DNA from: a virus
Direction: 5' to 3' (one strand)
IMG/VR virus record: IMGVR_UViG_3300046804_004848
Coordinates: 32,001-96,000 of that record
Length of the DNA stretch: 64,000 bases
Positions within the stretch are counted from its first letter, which is position 1; each line of letters begins with the position of its first letter. Position numbers and translations under genes: made by a program. Below are positions 10,182 through 19,095 of the stretch, one piece after another. Under the pieces are notes generated by a model. It saw only the letters and a program-made list of their open reading frames with translations. It was not told where the DNA came from and did no database searches.

Positions 10182-10481
10182 CTAGTAACCTGTTAATTCT
10201 GTAATACAGACAATCCCTGCAGATGCAACTTGTAATAAACTAACTATCGTCTGCCCAGGCTCCACCGCTAAAAATTCTGTGCTTCCACCTAAAATAATCA
10301 TACTATTTGCTGTAGCAGTTGGTGCTGTTCCTAATTCAACATAAGTATCTTGTTGACATGTAACTCTAATGATAGCAGTGGTGTTACCTACTGCATTGCT
10401 AGAAACTGCAGAACCTGACGTTGTTATATTTTGTGTTGTCCCAGGTACAAACGCACCATTTCTAATCGTTAAAACTGACAT
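10182..10481 (-). CDS. Small beta-rich putative virion protein
   Basis: 99 aa, IIRVTC..YVELG.APTA motif; TAAATA late promoter upstream (10501-10506). Confidence 0.6.
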   Translation of the reverse strand: MSVLTIRNGAFVPGTTQNITTSGSAVSSNAVGNTTAIIRVTCQQDTYVELGTAPTATANSMIILGGSTEFLAVEPGQTIVSLLQVASAGIVCITELTGY

Positions 10482-10538
10482 AGTATAATCCCTTATAGGG
10501 TATTTATCTTAATATTTAAATTAAGTTTACTGTAATGT

Positions 10539-10546
10539 TATAAATA
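10539..10546 (+). promoter_or_regulatory. T4-type late promoter TATAAATA
   Basis: Exact consensus; points at a non-coding ~100-nt element. Confidence 0.65.
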
Positions 10547-10551
10547 AAAGT

Positions 10552-10651
10552 AAGGATCCTAACAGCAAATATTTTTGGCCTTCTTAATCTCTTTGTGCAA
10601 TCCCTCAGATGAGGCTAGCCTCAGCGTGTAGATATCCCAAAATGGATCCTG
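10552..10651 (+). ncRNA. Candidate ~100-nt structured ncRNA
   Basis: Starts at the inferred late TSS; terminal stem AGGATCC (10553-10559) with GGATCCT (10644-10650); internal palindrome TGAGGCTAGCCTCA; no ORF. Confidence 0.4.
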
Positions 10652-10652
10652 A

Positions 10653-13600
10653 CTAACCTATATACCAATTAGTACCATCGCTCCATACAGGTACAGTATT
10701 TGCACCACCATTACTTACATTTGCCCCAAAATTACCTGCTGCTACTAAATTAGAATCATTTATAAATGCTCTAGCACCTGAAGTTGCAGTAAGTGTTGCT
10801 AATGGTTGAGGAGTAGTTACAGTTTTTAATGAACTAATTGATGAAAATCCGCTAATAATTGGGGCAGGACTTGCACCACTTGATATTAGATTGCCTGGTA
10901 ATGTTAGATTACCATCAATACCAAATGTCCAAGTAAACACATTGGATGTGATACTTGCGTTACCTATAGCAGTAAGATTAGCATTGGTATTATCTTGTTG
11001 TATGCTTACACTTTGACTGTTACCGTCCCAAAAATATAAACCGCCACCAGTACCGATATAGATACCTCTACCTATACCATTGGCATCTACAGATTGTATA
11101 TTGACAGTATCTTGATTGCTTCTTATATATGATTCGCCAGGTAACTCTAAAACACCATATCCAACATTACCGATACTAGTATTACTAAATGTCCATGTCA
11201 AATTACCACTATGTATTCTTGCTACATTGTTTGCGCCTTGCGTGACTTCAAACGCAGTATACTCACCACCTAAAAATATGTTGGCTGACGGTTCATCAAT
11301 ATTACTAGACGCATATGCTCGTAAGTGAATATGTCCAGGAGCAGTTGGATCAAGTACTAATACTTGGCTGTTGTAGTTAGCATCTGGAGTCAATGTCATT
11401 GTGCTGACATTTGGATTAGTTGGATCTAAACTGCTATTAGCAGTACTGTAGATTACGCTATTTCCATTCGGTAATACTAAGTTGCCATCGTTACTAAATG
11501 TCCAAACATTAGCATTGGACACATTTCCTGTTCTTATTTGTATATCACCTACATTTCCAAATGGTCCATTTACATATACTGCTGACACTAATGATGTATT
11601 AGATATATCATCGCTCCATTGAACAACAGTTGCGCCACTATTACCTTGACTTATCACACCAAATGGTACATTATTTGAAAGTATTGCATCACCGCCGAGA
11701 ACACTGCCTATGGTTACATTGCTACCTGGTAGTGTTAGTAAACCATTACCATCAAATCTCCAAATCTTTGTAGCAAAACCATTACCTAAATCATCTGATA
11801 ATGATATTCTATAAGTTGCGTTGCCTGTTTCTGAACTGAATGCTAACTCGCCTCCGCTGGTATTAGCATTGCCTACTTCCTTAAGATAATTTACTAAGAA
11901 TCCACCGCCACTACCTGTAACATTAAACGCTACTGTTGTATTATTGTTTGCTGTAATATCGCCGGGTACTGTACCGATAACCATATTACCGACATTTATA
12001 GCACCTGGTGCAGTCATGTTGCCATTAGCATAGAATCTCCAAATATGACCTGAGTTAGCATTGTCTGTGAAAATAGCAAAATCTTGTAGTGCATATATTT
12101 CAGCACCGGTGTCATAAAATAATGCACCAGTATATTGTCCTGCATCGCTATAGATAGAAATATTGTTTGCAGAACTTTCAATAGTACCTGTACCACCTGG
12201 AAGATTAAGTACACCTGTATTATCAAATGTCCAAGTGCTTACGCCGCTTACTAATACGATATTACCATAACTTGGTAAACCTGTACCGGCTGATCCTCCT
12301 GTTAATCTAACTTCGCCGCCATTGTTCCCACCATAACCACCTGTAAGTGCTATGTTGCCACCTTGGTCAGCAGAAGTCACGCCACCATTGATGTTTACAG
12401 CACCACCATCACTACCGCCTTGACCTGCGCTGATATTTACTGTGCCACCAGGACCATTTGCGCTATAACCGCCGGTTACGGATATTTGTCCACCACCATC
12501 ATAACCTGAACCACCGTCAAGATTGATGTAACCACCATAGCCAGCAGACACATTATCAGCATCACCTGCATAAATCTTAATATCACCACCATTAGTGTCA
12601 GCATCACCTGCCCAAAAGTAAACATCCCCACCTTCGCCTGTTCCGTTACCACGCTGACCTTGAATGATTAATCGTTGTGCGTTTACATTGGCTGCAGGAG
12701 TAGGACCTGTGATAACTGCTTGTTGCGTATCATCACCAAACTGTAATGTCTGAGCATATTGATTTCCACCGTTATGTAAATCAACTGTTAATGTTGGGAA
12801 TACAACAGTTCCAGTATCAGTAAACATAAAATTGTTAGCACCAACATCAAGTCTTAAATTACCTGGTGAATACACTAATGCGGTGTTACTCATAGCACTT
12901 GCAAAAGGTAAATTCATTACACCAAAACCGTCTAGTGACCAACTATAGTTACCACCATCTGAATAGAATTGTACTGAACCTGCAGGAGGAGTAAAAACAT
13001 TGAAGTTATTACCTGCAGGATAAATGTTAGAATTATTAGGTGCAGTTAATGTACCATCTGTGCCTATTGTCCATGTCTGACCTGCGGATGTTAGTGTTAC
13101 AGGTCCGTTTGCTGTGGCTATATTAAATTGACTATTTCCATTACTTAAAGGCAAAGAAGCGTTACCACCCCCACCCGCTGCGATCCAAGTACCCGCACCT
13201 GATAAAACATTACCACTATTGCCATCTAAATTTACACCTACAATATTACCTAATGTCGTATTAGCATTACCTTGCAATACAACATTACCACCCCCAGGTA
13301 TCGCAAAAGTCACCGCACTTGCATTTGAAGATAATATAGCAGAACCAAGAAATATAGTATTTCCTGTTAAATATAAATTGTTAAAACGATTTGTATTGTT
13401 ACCTAAATTATATGTATTATTAGCACTAGGTATAATATTACCTGTCACAGTAATATTAGCTGCACTTAAATTACCTGTATAATTAGGTAAATATGCTGCT
13501 ACATTGGAATTACCATAACTTCCACCATTACCACCTGTTACCTCATTTAAATTACCTAAAGCATTACCAATATATAATGTAGGTGGATCAACATCTAAGT

Positions 13601-13724
13601 TGACTACTAATTCACCTGCTCTAGCATTACCATCATAATTTGCAAAAGTCTCTTGTGGAGAATCTTTCATTACTGCACGTGAAATACCTGTTACATTAGC
13701 ATATGGTGGGGGAGGACTAGCCAT
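10653..13724 (-). CDS. Long modular tail-fibre-like protein (1023 aa)
   Basis: About nine W-x-F-x3-G-x-L-x-LP junction motifs; GGx(V/I)x(I/L)x(A/G)G repeats; C-terminal VPVWSDGTNWYIG; TATAAATA upstream. Confidence 0.75.
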   Translation of the reverse strand: MASPPPPYANVTGISRAVMKDSPQETFANYDGNARAGELVVNLDVDPPTLYIGNALGNLNEVTGGNGGSYGNSNVAAYLPNYTGNLSAANITVTGNIIPSANNTYNLGNNTNRFNNLYLTGNTIFLGSAILSSNASAVTFAIPGGGNVVLQGNANTTLGNIVGVNLDGNSGNVLSGAGTWIAAGGGGNASLPLSNGNSQFNIATANGPVTLTSAGQTWTIGTDGTLTAPNNSNIYPAGNNFNVFTPPAGSVQFYSDGGNYSWSLDGFGVMNLPFASAMSNTALVYSPGNLRLDVGANNFMFTDTGTVVFPTLTVDLHNGGNQYAQTLQFGDDTQQAVITGPTPAANVNAQRLIIQGQRGNGTGEGGDVYFWAGDADTNGGDIKIYAGDADNVSAGYGGYINLDGGSGYDGGGQISVTGGYSANGPGGTVNISAGQGGSDGGAVNINGGVTSADQGGNIALTGGYGGNNGGEVRLTGGSAGTGLPSYGNIVLVSGVSTWTFDNTGVLNLPGGTGTIESSANNISIYSDAGQYTGALFYDTGAEIYALQDFAIFTDNANSGHIWRFYANGNMTAPGAINVGNMVIGTVPGDITANNNTTVAFNVTGSGGGFLVNYLKEVGNANTSGGELAFSSETGNATYRISLSDDLGNGFATKIWRFDGNGLLTLPGSNVTIGSVLGGDAILSNNVPFGVISQGNSGATVVQWSDDISNTSLVSAVYVNGPFGNVGDIQIRTGNVSNANVWTFSNDGNLVLPNGNSVIYSTANSSLDPTNPNVSTMTLTPDANYNSQVLVLDPTAPGHIHLRAYASSNIDEPSANIFLGGEYTAFEVTQGANNVARIHSGNLTWTFSNTSIGNVGYGVLELPGESYIRSNQDTVNIQSVDANGIGRGIYIGTGGGLYFWDGNSQSVSIQQDNTNANLTAIGNASITSNVFTWTFGIDGNLTLPGNLISSGASPAPIISGFSSISSLKTVTTPQPLATLTATSGARAFINDSNLVAAGNFGANVSNGGANTVPVWSDGTNWYIG

Positions 13725-13774
13725 CTTAAAATTCCTTAATTATATTAATATTTATACCTATCCTAATTTTATAA

Positions 13775-13808
13775 TTGTAATAATTCTGTAATAATAATAT
13801 GCTACTAT
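13775..13808 (+). promoter_or_regulatory. Pho box with extended -10 promoter upstream of phoX
   Basis: TTGTAAT-AATT-CTGTAAT (11-bp period), 10 bp, then TACTAT preceded by TGn. Confidence 0.6.
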
Positions 13809-13849
13809 TATTGTAAATAGTTGTAATAATCATTTAAAAGGAGAAAAAG

Positions 13850-16063
13850 ATGATTAATAATTCAGAGAATTCATCACAAAACCCACATATTAGTGATGTA
13901 ATTAAAGAAATGATGGCAAATCCTACAAGAAGAAATTTTCTTAAAGGAAGTTCAGCATTCATTACTGCTGCATCAGGAGCAACTTTAGCAGGTTGTGCAA
14001 GTGGGGATGATGATGTTTTTACACGTCCAACCGCTTTAAGCTTTGAAGCTGTTCCTAAAAATACCTTAGATAAAGTCACATTACCTGCAGGTTATCAATA
14101 CACTGTGCTTCATGGTACAGGTGACCGTTTAGTAAGTTCAATTCCTGCTTACTCAAACAAAGGAACAGAGACTGATGATTGGAGCCAACGGGTAGGTGAT
14201 CATCACGATGGAATAGAATTATTTCACTTAGATAGTGCAGGAAAATATACAAAAAATATGACTGATCGTGCTTTGTTATGTATGAATCATGAAAGTTCAG
14301 CAGACGCACACTTCTTTCACCAAAATGGACAAACTAGTAATGGTGTAAGTGGTAAAAAATATGATCAATTTGGTCAATGGGATCTTGGCACCCGTCCAGG
14401 CCTTGAGGCACTTAAAGAAATAAATCATCACGGTGTTAGTGTTGTAGAGATTAATAAAGGAAATACAGGTTGGACATATAAACTAGATAGTGCGTTTAAT
14501 CGCAGAATTACACCACAAACTGTCTGTCGTGTAGCAGGTCCTACTGCTGAACTGTCTAATATAAAAGCTTTATTGGCTACCAAGTTTGACACTACAGGAT
14601 CAACTGCTCGTGGAACAATAAACAATTGTGGCACAGGTTATACACCATGGGGTACATTTTTAACATGTGAAGAAAATTGGGCAACTTATTTTGCTATGCC
14701 TAAAGGTAGCGTTGCTCCTGATGCACGTATGGCACAAACTCGTGCTCGTTATGGTGTTCGTAACGCTGCACTTGCTGCAACTGCTACAACAAGTAATACA
14801 CAAGGATGGCACACGGTTACTGACCAACCTGATACAGCATTTAGATTTAGTCGTTGGGATGTAAGCATCAAAGGTGCTACTGATAAAGATGACTTTCGTA
14901 ACGAACCGCAAACCTTCGGTTATATAGTAGAGATAGATCCTACCCAACCTAACAGTCAACCTGTTAAGAGAGTGGCAATGGGAAGGACTGCTCACGAAGC
15001 TTGTGTATTCGGAAAGTTAGAAGCAGGAAAACCTGTTACATTTTATATGGGATGTGATAGTCGCAACGAATATATTTACAAATGGGTAAGTACAAAAACG
15101 TGGGATCCTGCTGATTTTGGTGGTGGTACTGCTGCAGGTGACAAATATCTTAATGATGGTAACCTATATGTAGCTAAATTTAATAGCGATGGAACAGGAC
15201 TTTGGTTAGAATTAAGTATTACTACCCCCGCAATTGCAAATTATGCTACTTTTAAATTTAATAACCAAGCAGAAGTTTACGTATTTACTCGTTTAGCAGC
15301 AGATGCAGTTGGTGCTACTAAAATGGATCGTCCTGAATGGGGTGCTGTTAATCCCGCTAATGGCGAGATTTACTTCTCATTAACAAACAATAGTGCAGCA
15401 AATCGGACTCCTAATACCACTGATGCAGCCAATCCAAGAAGTTATGCTGATCCTGATGGAAAAATGGGATCAGGTAATCCAAATGGACATATTATTCGTT
15501 TTAAGGAAGGTTTAACAGGGCTTACTTTCCAATTTGATATTTTCTTATTTGGTTCAGAAGAAGATAACGCTGTAAGTAATATATCTAAACTTACAACTAA
15601 AAATTCATTTAGTAGTCCTGATGGATTATGGTTTAGTAAAGCAACGGGTTTATGTTGGATTCAAACTGATGATGGTGCATATACGGATGAAGTAAATTGT
15701 ATGTTATTAGTGGCGATTCCTGGTCAGGTTGGGGATGGTAAAGCAGTTACAATTACTAATACATTAAGCGGTGCTACTAAAGATCAAGCTACTTTTGTAG
15801 GTGCGGAATTAGGTGAAACTAAATTACGTAGATTTTTGACAGGCCCTGCAGGATGTGAAATTACAGGAATTGCAGAATCTGCTGATGGTCGTACTATTTT
15901 TGTCAATGTGCAGCATCCAGGTGAAAACACTACCGCAGCCTTTTGGACAGGAACAGCACCTGAGAGTCAGTGGCCTGGTAACGCAGGGTATGGCGTTACA
16001 GGTCGCCCACGTTCTGCAACTTTAGTAATAACAAAAGTTGACGGTGGACTTATAGGAGTTTAA
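13850..16063 (+). CDS. phoX: Alkaline phosphatase PhoX (Tat-exported lipoprotein)
   Basis: TRRNFL Tat motif with LAGC lipobox; HHDG, NHE, TPWGTFLTCEEN, GRTAHE, MDRPEW, SPDGL, CEITG and VNVQHPG motifs. Confidence 0.95.
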   Translation: MINNSENSSQNPHISDVIKEMMANPTRRNFLKGSSAFITAASGATLAGCASGDDDVFTRPTALSFEAVPKNTLDKVTLPAGYQYTVLHGTGDRLVSSIPAYSNKGTETDDWSQRVGDHHDGIELFHLDSAGKYTKNMTDRALLCMNHESSADAHFFHQNGQTSNGVSGKKYDQFGQWDLGTRPGLEALKEINHHGVSVVEINKGNTGWTYKLDSAFNRRITPQTVCRVAGPTAELSNIKALLATKFDTTGSTARGTINNCGTGYTPWGTFLTCEENWATYFAMPKGSVAPDARMAQTRARYGVRNAALAATATTSNTQGWHTVTDQPDTAFRFSRWDVSIKGATDKDDFRNEPQTFGYIVEIDPTQPNSQPVKRVAMGRTAHEACVFGKLEAGKPVTFYMGCDSRNEYIYKWVSTKTWDPADFGGGTAAGDKYLNDGNLYVAKFNSDGTGLWLELSITTPAIANYATFKFNNQAEVYVFTRLAADAVGATKMDRPEWGAVNPANGEIYFSLTNNSAANRTPNTTDAANPRSYADPDGKMGSGNPNGHIIRFKEGLTGLTFQFDIFLFGSEEDNAVSNISKLTTKNSFSSPDGLWFSKATGLCWIQTDDGAYTDEVNCMLLVAIPGQVGDGKAVTITNTLSGATKDQATFVGAELGETKLRRFLTGPAGCEITGIAESADGRTIFVNVQHPGENTTAAFWTGTAPESQWPGNAGYGVTGRPRSATLVITKVDGGLIGV

Positions 16064-16068
16064 AATAT

Positions 16069-16091
16069 ATAGGGGATAAATTATCCCCTAT
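16069..16091 (+). terminator. Inverted repeat between phoX and pstS
   Basis: ATAGGGGATAA-A-TTATCCCCTAT followed by T run. Confidence 0.55.
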
Positions 16092-16111
16092 TTTATATAT
16101 AAGGAAAAAAT

Positions 16112-17119
16112 ATGAAAAAATTTTTATCAGCAATTGCATTATCACTTTTTACTATAACTGCACAAGCAGCAGAAATTACAGGAGCAGGTGCCACCTTCCC
16201 TTACCCAATTTATGCAAAATGGGCAGAGGCTTATCACAAAGCTACAGGTAATACACTAAACTATCAAAGTATTGGTAGTAGTGGAGGTATACGCCAAATT
16301 AATAACAAAACAGTTAGTTTTGGAGCCACTGATGCGCCTGTTAAAGGTGAAGATTTAGATAAGTTAGGTCAAGTTCAATTTCCTGCTATCATCGGTGGTA
16401 CAGTACCTGTTATAAATCTTGAAGGCTTTAACCCAGGTGAACTTCGCATCACAGGACCTATTATGGCAGAGATGTTTATGGGTAGTATAACTAAATGGAA
16501 TGATCCAAAATTTTCAGCCCTTAACCCAGGCAAAAAACTTCCTGATTTAAATATTACTGTGGTTCATCGTGCTGATGGTAGTGGCACTACCTTTAATTGG
16601 ACAGACTATCTTACTGAAGTAAGTCCTGCATGGAAAGAAAAAGTAGGTAAAGGTGCAGCCGTTAAGTGGCCAGCAACTTCTTCCGTTGGTGGAAAAGGTA
16701 ACGAGGGTGTTGCTGCTAATGTAAATAGAGTAAAAGGTGCAATCGGATATGTTGAATATGCTTATGTTAAGAAAAATAACATGAATTATATGAAACTACA
16801 AAACAAGGCAGGTAACTTTGTTGACCCTGATGATACAACATTTGCTGCAGCAGCAGCGGGTGCAGATTGGTTTAGTGTTGCAGGAATGGGACTAAGCATT
16901 GTAAATCAAGGTGGCAAGGATACTTGGCCTGTCACTACAGCAAGCTTTATTATTATGTACAAAGACCCTGCTGACAAAAAAGCAAGTCAAGAAGTAATTA
17001 AGTTTTTTGATTGGTCATTTAAGAATGGTAAGAAACTAAGTGAAGAACTTGATTATGTACATTTACCTGATAAACTACAAAACGACATACGTACAAAAGT
17101 ATGGAGTCAAATCAAGTAA
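16112..17119 (+). CDS. pstS: Phosphate-binding protein PstS
   Basis: GAGATFPYP, YQSIGSSGG, HRADGSGTT, GKGNEGV and GAIGYVE motifs; signal peptide. Confidence 0.97.
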   Translation: MKKFLSAIALSLFTITAQAAEITGAGATFPYPIYAKWAEAYHKATGNTLNYQSIGSSGGIRQINNKTVSFGATDAPVKGEDLDKLGQVQFPAIIGGTVPVINLEGFNPGELRITGPIMAEMFMGSITKWNDPKFSALNPGKKLPDLNITVVHRADGSGTTFNWTDYLTEVSPAWKEKVGKGAAVKWPATSSVGGKGNEGVAANVNRVKGAIGYVEYAYVKKNNMNYMKLQNKAGNFVDPDDTTFAAAAAGADWFSVAGMGLSIVNQGGKDTWPVTTASFIIMYKDPADKKASQEVIKFFDWSFKNGKKLSEELDYVHLPDKLQNDIRTKVWSQIK

Positions 17120-17131
17120 TACAACTGTAAT
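17114..17131 (+). promoter_or_regulatory. Second Pho-box-like direct repeat upstream of the plcP-like gene
   Basis: AAGTAAT-ACAA-CTGTAAT with 11-bp period; matching -10 is weak. Confidence 0.35.
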
Positions 17132-17154
17132 ATATAAATTAGTTTAAATTTGTA

Positions 17155-17194
17155 AATAACTATAGGGAGCCGATACTTCCTATAGTTATTTTTT
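17155..17194 (+). terminator. Stem-loop after pstS, overlapping a TAAATA late promoter
   Basis: AATAACTATAGG...CCTATAGTTATT followed by T run directly before the ATG. Confidence 0.6.
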
Positions 17195-17971
17195 ATGAAA
17201 TATAGATCTATATTTATTAGTGATACTCACTTAGGAAGCAAAGGTTGTAAAGCAGATAATTTATCTAGTTTTTTAAAAAATAATTCTGCGGAATATATCT
17301 ATCTTGTTGGTGATATTATAGATGGATGGAAAGTACAACAAAATAAATGGTTTTGGAAACAATCACATACAAATGTAATTCGCAGAATACTAGGCCATGC
17401 TAAACGTGGTTCACAAGTATATTACATAGCAGGTAATCATGATGAATTTTTACGATCACTAATTCCATATGGTTTAAATTTTGGAAGAATTAAAATTTGT
17501 AATCAAATTGAACATAATGGTATTGATGGTAAAAAATACTTGGTTATACATGGTGACTTGTTTGATGGCATAACAAGATTAGCACCATGGATAAGTTTTT
17601 TAGGTGACAAAGCTTATGACATTGTTTTATCTGTTAATACCACATTTAATCGTATTAGGCACCGTTTTGGGTTCGGTTATTGGAGTCTTAGTCAATATCT
17701 TAAACGCAGAATTAAACGAGCAGTGGATTTTATCTTTAGATTTGAGAATAATTTGGCTATTTATTGTGCTAAGCGTGGGTATCACGGAGTTATTTGTGGT
17801 CATATCCATCACGCAGAAATTAAAGACATTAACGGAATAATTTATATGAACGATGGTGATTGGGTAGAAAGTTGTACTGCGCTTGTAGAGCACGAAGATG
17901 GAAAATGGGAAATTATTTTTTGGCCCTATACAAAGGACGATTATGTGGATGTTATTCCTCATAGTAGTTAA
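17195..17971 (+). CDS. plcP: LpxH-like metallophosphoesterase of the PlcP (phospholipase C) type
   Basis: SDTHLG, LVGDIIDGW, GNHDE (His, not the LpxH GNRD), IHGDLFD, CGHIH and NDGDWVESCTALVE; next to a GT4 gene and pstS. Confidence 0.75.
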   Translation: MKYRSIFISDTHLGSKGCKADNLSSFLKNNSAEYIYLVGDIIDGWKVQQNKWFWKQSHTNVIRRILGHAKRGSQVYYIAGNHDEFLRSLIPYGLNFGRIKICNQIEHNGIDGKKYLVIHGDLFDGITRLAPWISFLGDKAYDIVLSVNTTFNRIRHRFGFGYWSLSQYLKRRIKRAVDFIFRFENNLAIYCAKRGYHGVICGHIHHAEIKDINGIIYMNDGDWVESCTALVEHEDGKWEIIFWPYTKDDYVDVIPHSS

Positions 17972-18128
17972 TATGTATGATCCGACAGATGTACCAGGTC
18001 GCATACAGCTACAATTTAAAGATCAAGCTAGTTGTGAATACGCATTACAAAATATGACACATTGGGTAAAATTTCCATGGTTTAAAGTAGAGGGAAAATG
18101 TGAAAAAAATACTTATAGTAACCGATAA
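17943..18128 (+). CDS. Small secreted or membrane protein with two Cys
   Basis: Likely start MWMLFLIVV at 17943 after AAGGA; overlaps both neighbours. Confidence 0.5.
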   Translation: MWMLFLIVVNMYDPTDVPGRIQLQFKDQASCEYALQNMTHWVKFPWFKVEGKCEKNTYSNR

Positions 18129-19095
18129 TTTACATGATCAAATTAATGGGGTCGTTACCACTTACAAAAATATTGAAACGTATGCGATTCGGGATGGTTA
18201 TCAGTTTGTTTATATTACTCCCAATGAGTTCAGCTACTTTGATTGCCCTGTATATAACGAAGTCAAGATTGCCTTACCAAGGCAGATGGGCGAGAAGATT
18301 GAGGAGATCAATCCGAATCATATCCATATCGCAACAGAGGGTCCTGTGGGTCTGTGGGCTAGAGCATATCTTACAAAACATGATTTTAGGTACAATACTG
18401 CTTATCATACTAAATTCCCTGAAGGACTTAAAACCCTTTTGGGATTACCTGAATCAATTACTTGGAAATACATAAAATGGTTTCATAAACATACAGGAAA
18501 AGTTCTAACTACTACAGAATCAATGGTAACACAACTTAAAGAAAAAGGTTTAAAAAGCGATATTATACCATGGACTAGAGGTGTGGATAGATCTATATTT
18601 AAACCAACTTTAAGAACAAAAACAAACGATCAACTTAATTTAGTGTGTGTCAGTAGAATAAGTAAAGAAAAAAATTTAGATGATTTTTGTTCACTAAACT
18701 ATTTCCATGCAAAAAAAATATTAGTCGGAGATGGTCCATATCGTGAAGAATTAGAACAAAAATATCCCGATGTAGAATTTGTAGGTTTCAAAAAAGGAGC
18801 AGATCTAGCAACATATTATGCTAATGCTGATGTATTTGTATTTCCTAGTCGTTGGGAAACATTCGGTATTGTAATGATTGAAGCCATGGCATGTGGTACA
18901 CCTGTAGCAGCATATCCTTGTCAAGGACCACTAGACGTTGTAAAACATGGTGTTACAGGATACTTACGAGAAAATTTAAAATTATCTATAACAGAATGTT
19001 TGACATTAAATAGACAAAATGTAGAGCTTGAAAGCCTAAGTTGGAGTTGGGAAGAAGCTTGGAATATATTTAAAAATAACTTAACCGAGGTATAA
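18100..19095 (+). CDS. GT4 glycosyltransferase, Agt-like (diacylglycerol glycosyltransferase)
   Basis: ILIVTD..QINGVVTT, HIATEGPVG, YHTKFPE, WTRGVD and FPSRWETFGIVMIEAMACG motifs. Confidence 0.8.
   Translation: MKKILIVTDNLHDQINGVVTTYKNIETYAIRDGYQFVYITPNEFSYFDCPVYNEVKIALPRQMGEKIEEINPNHIHIATEGPVGLWARAYLTKHDFRYNTAYHTKFPEGLKTLLGLPESITWKYIKWFHKHTGKVLTTTESMVTQLKEKGLKSDIIPWTRGVDRSIFKPTLRTKTNDQLNLVCVSRISKEKNLDDFCSLNYFHAKKILVGDGPYREELEQKYPDVEFVGFKKGADLATYYANADVFVFPSRWETFGIVMIEAMACGTPVAAYPCQGPLDVVKHGVTGYLRENLKLSITECLTLNRQNVELESLSWSWEEAWNIFKNNLTEV

Noticed and set aside
6954-13724. Diversity-generating retroelement target in the fibre/LamG genes
   Set aside because: No reverse transcriptase and no template/variable repeat pair differing at adenines was seen.
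17195-17971. Annotation as lipid A enzyme LpxH
   Set aside because: GNHD rather than GNRD, and the pstS/GT4 context, fit PlcP better; not excluded without phylogeny.
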